From contig CAZJVP010000072.1 of NCBI GenBank assembly GCA_964549615.1, positions 29,312 to 93,311 on the forward strand: a stretch of DNA of 64,000 bases, written 5' to 3'. This DNA is from an uncultured Thermococci archaeon. Lineage in GTDB: Archaea; CAYQAE01; CAYVLA01. Below, piece by piece: positions 60,089 through 64,000 of the stretch; position 1 is the stretch's first letter; the number at the start of each line of letters is the position of its first letter. A program made the position numbers and the translations under genes. The notes beneath the pieces were generated by a model. The model searched no databases. It was not told the origin of the DNA and saw only the letters and a list, made by a program, of their open reading frames with translations.

Positions 60089-62956
60089 ATGGTGCGGGAA
60101 AAGGCTGCATCGAAAGGCCCCATCATCGTAGCTCCGAGGCAAGCTAGCTGGCGTACGGTCTATGCGGCGAGGCAATTCGCCAAGTACGCCTCAAGGATGC
60201 TGGGGCGCAGCGTCCGGGTCGTGAGATCGAACAGGACGAGAAAGAGGGGGGACAAGGTATTCATCGGACTTATGAGGGACTCCGAGATCTCGCAGGCCCT
60301 CGATTCCGCGGCGATCCGCGTTGATAGAACCCGACTTGGGCGCGAAGGCTTCGTCATCCAGTCGTTCCGGCAGCCCGAGGGGCGCCAACTTGTCATTGCG
60401 GCGGAAGGCGACGTCGGCGTTCTCTACGGCGTATACCACTACCTAGAACATTGTTGCAAGGTAGGTTTCTTCTGGAGCGACGAGCACGTGCCCCGGCTGA
60501 GGCGGCTGCCCATGCAGGACATTCATTTCGTCGAGAACCCGAGATTCACTGAGCGCTACATGACCAGCCCCGGCGGCTACAGCTTCTCGGAATACTGGAC
60601 ATGGTCTGACTGGAAGAAGGACCTCGAATACAGGGTGAAGAAGAAGCATAACCTGATCAGCCTGTTCCTTGGGTACGACCTTGTCTGGAGGGAAGTCCTC
60701 GGCCGCCACGGGGTTACGCCCAAGCCGCTTACGAGGTCAGACATCTTCAGAGACCAGCTGGCGAAGCGGGTCTACAACTACGCTCGAAAGCTGGGACTCA
60801 GAACGATAACGCCCGCGTTCATGGGGGACGTTCCGGCCGAGTTCGCGGCGGCGAACCCCCAAGTGAGATATGTTGAGATGAAGAAATGGGACCTCAGCGC
60901 TCCTAGGAGTAGACACATCTACCCGACCGATCCGATGTTCAAGGCCCTGGGAGAGGAATTCCTCAGGGCATACGCGGCCAGATACGGGACCGACCACTAC
61001 TACTTCGTGTCGCCGTACCCAGAAGCCTATCCCGGCGCGACCGCGGAAGAGAAGCGGAGCATAAAGTTGGACTTCGCCAAAGCGGTCCAAGAGTACATGG
61101 CTTCCGCTGATCCCGAGTGGAGGTGGCTGGCCGACAGCTGGACTTTCTTCACAGCTGAATTCTGGCCGCCGGAGGAAGTCAAGGCATTCTGTCTGGCGAC
61201 GAATCCGGAGAGATTCGCGATCTACGACACCTGGGGTGAGGAGCGGCCGTTATACCGCATCCACAACTACTACTACGGGAGATCCTGGGCTCTGGGGATT
61301 CTCCATTGCTTCGGAGGCAATACCACGCTGAGGGGCAACCTTCAGGGTTTGATCGATTCCGTGCAGTCCGTGGATAGGGACCCCAACGCTGGCCGGTGCA
61401 GGGGCATCTTCCTCGTGCCGGAGGTAATCCACCATAACGATCTCTACTTCGACCTAATCATGAGGCTATGGTGGAACCCGGCATCCGTGACCCTGGAAGA
61501 GTTCATCAAGGACTACGCTGAGAGAAGGTATGGATCACGCTCCGCGCCACTGATGGCCCGCGTCTTGGGAAAGCTCGCAGCCAGCGTATACGGCGACAGC
61601 GACCTGACCCAACCGCTCTTCCTTCGGAGGCTTTTCAGTGGATTCGACACCCCCAACACGGAACACTACGTGCCGCCCGTCCATGCGACCTATGCGCTTC
61701 GCGTTGGCGAGGCCATTTCGCTTGCGCTGAAGTCTAGCGGGGCACAGAGACGCAACACTCTGTACCTGCGGGACCTTGTTGACATGGCCCGTCGATACTA
61801 TGGGGACATATTCAACCAGTGGATACCCAGGCTGTATTACGCCTTCGACGCCGGGGATGGAGAGGCTTTCCGCAAGTATAGGGGCCGGATCGAAACATGT
61901 CTGGATGCCATCGAGGAAATCCTATGGAGCTGGAAGCCGTACAGCCTGAAGTACTTCTTCTCCAAGATTCGAAAGACACCAGCTTATGATCCTTCAAGGG
62001 AGAAGGCGACCAGGGATATGCTTTCGCTGTGGGAGTCGGAGAACCTTCTGGACTACGAAAGGCGGGATGATCTAGCTGAACTATTCACAAACTACTACCG
62101 ACCCAGGGTCCGCGCATATCTGGACCACCTTCAAACGCGTCTCGGGCGGCCGCAGCCCGGCGTCGACTCGACTTTCCTGGAGGCCGCATACGTGGCGGCC
62201 GGAAGGGCATGGATCGACGGACCGTGGGTCAGGCCACGGATCAAGCACCGCGAGGACCCCGTGGGCGCCGTCAAAGCAGCTTTCAGGAAACTGAGGCCCT
62301 CCACAGACGAGCTCCTGCCCACCTGCCGTGACGATCTTCGCAACCCATCCTTCGCGGATGGCTTCGCCGGGTGGCATGTTGCGCGAAGCAGGATCGAAGC
62401 AAGGGTGGAAGGGGAAGCGGGCCCGGGAAGGTCTCCAGCCTTGCTCTTTGAGGGCCGAACCCAAGAGATGATGAAGTATCTGACAGTCTGGCAGGACATC
62501 AGTGCGCGGGACGATCTTTCGTTCGAACTTGACTGGCTGTTGCAAGCATTCGGGCCCAGCGCCCGCGCCGGATTCAGGGTGGAGTCGTTCGACTCCTCCC
62601 TTCGCAAGAAGGCTGAGATTACACACCAGTTCGGGGAGGGACGCGACTACTGGCCTGACAGGACGCGGCCCGACATAGCGGGCCCCGACTGGGCCATAGG
62701 CGTTGACGCGAGGCTTGAATGGTGGACCGGCTTCTACGCCGTCAAGCGCCGGATAGGAAAGCAGCTGAACACGTGGACGCATCTTAGCGTGACACCCAAG
62801 GACGAACTGGACCGTGCCCACGGCAAGGGCACCTGGGAGAAGCTGGCGCCAGCGCGCCTGAGAATATCCCTGATAGCGTCGAGCCGCCTGCCGGAGGATC
62901 CGATAGCCGGCGGGTTTGCGAACCTTCGTGTTTCACGCAGCAATGAAATCGAGTGA
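60089..62956 (+). CDS. alpha-N-acetylglucosaminidase (NAGLU/GH89)-like glycoside hydrolase with ~300-aa C-terminal extension
   Basis: N-domain LYGVYHYLEH. TIM-barrel segment TPAFMGDVPAEF resembling the NAGLU PAFxGHVP motif. Start at MVREKAASKG (60089). Confidence 0.6.
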   Translation: MVREKAASKGPIIVAPRQASWRTVYAARQFAKYASRMLGRSVRVVRSNRTRKRGDKVFIGLMRDSEISQALDSAAIRVDRTRLGREGFVIQSFRQPEGRQLVIAAEGDVGVLYGVYHYLEHCCKVGFFWSDEHVPRLRRLPMQDIHFVENPRFTERYMTSPGGYSFSEYWTWSDWKKDLEYRVKKKHNLISLFLGYDLVWREVLGRHGVTPKPLTRSDIFRDQLAKRVYNYARKLGLRTITPAFMGDVPAEFAAANPQVRYVEMKKWDLSAPRSRHIYPTDPMFKALGEEFLRAYAARYGTDHYYFVSPYPEAYPGATAEEKRSIKLDFAKAVQEYMASADPEWRWLADSWTFFTAEFWPPEEVKAFCLATNPERFAIYDTWGEERPLYRIHNYYYGRSWALGILHCFGGNTTLRGNLQGLIDSVQSVDRDPNAGRCRGIFLVPEVIHHNDLYFDLIMRLWWNPASVTLEEFIKDYAERRYGSRSAPLMARVLGKLAASVYGDSDLTQPLFLRRLFSGFDTPNTEHYVPPVHATYALRVGEAISLALKSSGAQRRNTLYLRDLVDMARRYYGDIFNQWIPRLYYAFDAGDGEAFRKYRGRIETCLDAIEEILWSWKPYSLKYFFSKIRKTPAYDPSREKATRDMLSLWESENLLDYERRDDLAELFTNYYRPRVRAYLDHLQTRLGRPQPGVDSTFLEAAYVAAGRAWIDGPWVRPRIKHREDPVGAVKAAFRKLRPSTDELLPTCRDDLRNPSFADGFAGWHVARSRIEARVEGEAGPGRSPALLFEGRTQEMMKYLTVWQDISARDDLSFELDWLLQAFGPSARAGFRVESFDSSLRKKAEITHQFGEGRDYWPDRTRPDIAGPDWAIGVDARLEWWTGFYAVKRRIGKQLNTWTHLSVTPKDELDRAHGKGTWEKLAPARLRISLIASSRLPEDPIAGGFANLRVSRSNEIE

Positions 62957-63058
62957 TGCGCAGGCGCATGCCCAGCGAGTCGGCCGGTGAGCGTCGATTG
63001 CGAGTCAGAAACAGATAAATCGCCCGATCGCTTCCCGCCGTCGACTGGAGGACCGTGC

Positions 63059-63943
63059 TTGCGCAATTCTCCTTTCAGACTTGGCGTCATAAGCGACGAG
63101 ATATCACAGGACTTGGACGTCGTGATCAAGACCGCGGAGGACTACAACCTCGATTCCGTCGAGATAAGGTCCGTCTGGGATGTCAAGGTCCAAGATCTAC
63201 GAAATGACCATCTTAGAAGGCTTCGCGAAGACCTAGGCGCAGCCGGCCTCACTGTGGCAAGCATCGCTTCGCCGTTCCTGAAGTGTGAGATCGACAGCCC
63301 GAAGGAGTATCGGGACCACATCTCGATCTTCAAGAGGTGCATACAGATTGCCCGGGCTCTCGATACCCAGATAGTCAGAGGTTTCACCTTCTGGCGAAAG
63401 GGCGGATTAGAAGGCTTGGCCAAGTACTGGGACACCATAGTCGAGAAGTTCGCCGAGCCGACCGAGATCGCGGAGAGCGAGGACATCATACTTGCAGTGG
63501 AGAACGAGCAAAGCTGCTTCGTCGGCACCGGGGTTGACCTTGCGCGTTTTCTCTCGGAGATCGACTCCAAGCATGTCAGGGCCATCTGGGACCCGGGCAA
63601 TGCCTACTACGACGATGCCCGTGAACGAGCCTACCCGGATGGCTACCGGGCCGTCAAGGACTGGATCGTGCACGTCCATCTGAAGGACGTCGTGATCAAC
63701 CGTCAGACCGGGAAGCCCGAGTGCGTGCCCGTGGGAACCGGCGAGGTCGACATCGAGGGACAACTGAAAGCCCTCAAACAAGACTGCTACTCTGGGTGCG
63801 TCTCCCTGGAGACCCACTGGCGGCCGAAGGCGCTGGACGAGGAACTCCTCGCGAGGCCGGGTGGCAGGGAATTCTCCTCGTCCGGGGAGTACGCTTCCAG
63901 GGTGTGCCTCGAGAACATCCGAAGGATCCTGGACAGGATATAG
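63059..63943 (+). CDS. sugar phosphate isomerase/epimerase (xylose-isomerase-like TIM barrel)
   Basis: N-terminus RLGVISDEISQD. Motifs VENEQ, HVHLKD, LETH. TTG start at 63059 (no ATG before the conserved N-terminus). Confidence 0.7.
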   Translation: MRNSPFRLGVISDEISQDLDVVIKTAEDYNLDSVEIRSVWDVKVQDLRNDHLRRLREDLGAAGLTVASIASPFLKCEIDSPKEYRDHISIFKRCIQIARALDTQIVRGFTFWRKGGLEGLAKYWDTIVEKFAEPTEIAESEDIILAVENEQSCFVGTGVDLARFLSEIDSKHVRAIWDPGNAYYDDARERAYPDGYRAVKDWIVHVHLKDVVINRQTGKPECVPVGTGEVDIEGQLKALKQDCYSGCVSLETHWRPKALDEELLARPGGREFSSSGEYASRVCLENIRRILDRI

Positions 63944-64000
63944 ACCCAGCATTCTGCAATGATTCCAAAGGATGGGCGGAAACGAATAAGAGCTTCGCCC

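Noticed and set aside
62081-62821. 246-aa minus ORF
   Set aside because: Antisense to the GH89-like gene.
1-64000. Search for tRNA genes, integrases, transposases, phage or plasmid genes
   Set aside because: No T-loop-like GGTTCGAATCC/GGTTCAAATCC outside CDS. No recombinase or transposase motifs. Base composition is uniform. The window looks like core chromosome rather than a mobile island. A tRNAscan/ISfinder run would be needed to be certain.

Overview
This is a 64-kb, GC-rich (~60%), gene-dense chromosomal segment with genes on both strands. It is most consistent with an archaeon. Supporting genes: an ADP-dependent sugar kinase, a 3-hexulose-6-phosphate synthase / 6-phospho-3-hexuloisomerase (HPS-PHI) fusion, an aldehyde:ferredoxin oxidoreductase (AOR) with a MoaD-like partner, HypCDEF, an AmmeMemoRadiSam radical-SAM enzyme, and NikR/ModE-type regulators. 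The segment also carries a bacterial-type grpE-dnaK-dnaJ operon. About 55 CDS are called. Housekeeping blocks: hsp70 operon (0.8-4.5 kb), leuA-ilvB-ilvH with ilvC apart (11.8-18.4 kb), hypF/hypC-hypD-hypE (31.5-36.3 kb), MoaD-like + AOR (41.4-43.5 kb). I could not recognise any tRNA, rRNA, CRISPR array, transposase or integrase by eye. Most notable observations: (i) a two-gene locus encoding a KamA-family radical-SAM aminomutase fused to a Ddl-type ATP-grasp ligase, followed by a second Ddl-type ATP-grasp fused to a GNAT acetyltransferase (52.6-56.5 kb); this predicts a beta-amino-acid ligation/acetylation pathway. (ii) Four dispersed paralogs of a secreted ~400-aa protein sharing a distinctive C-terminal TM helix plus an MVRRRLYR-type basic tail. 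(iii) A GHKL-ATPase protein carrying a C-terminal HExxH motif, co-operonic with a RimK-like ATP-grasp. (iv) A tightly packed NikR-like / PD-(D/E)xK-like / ModE-like operon. (v) Two genes (tmk and an amidohydrolase) whose conserved N-terminal motifs lie upstream of any canonical start codon; for tmk this is a single in-frame TAG separating it from the upstream kinase gene. All functional calls are from motif and architecture recognition by eye; no database searches were run.
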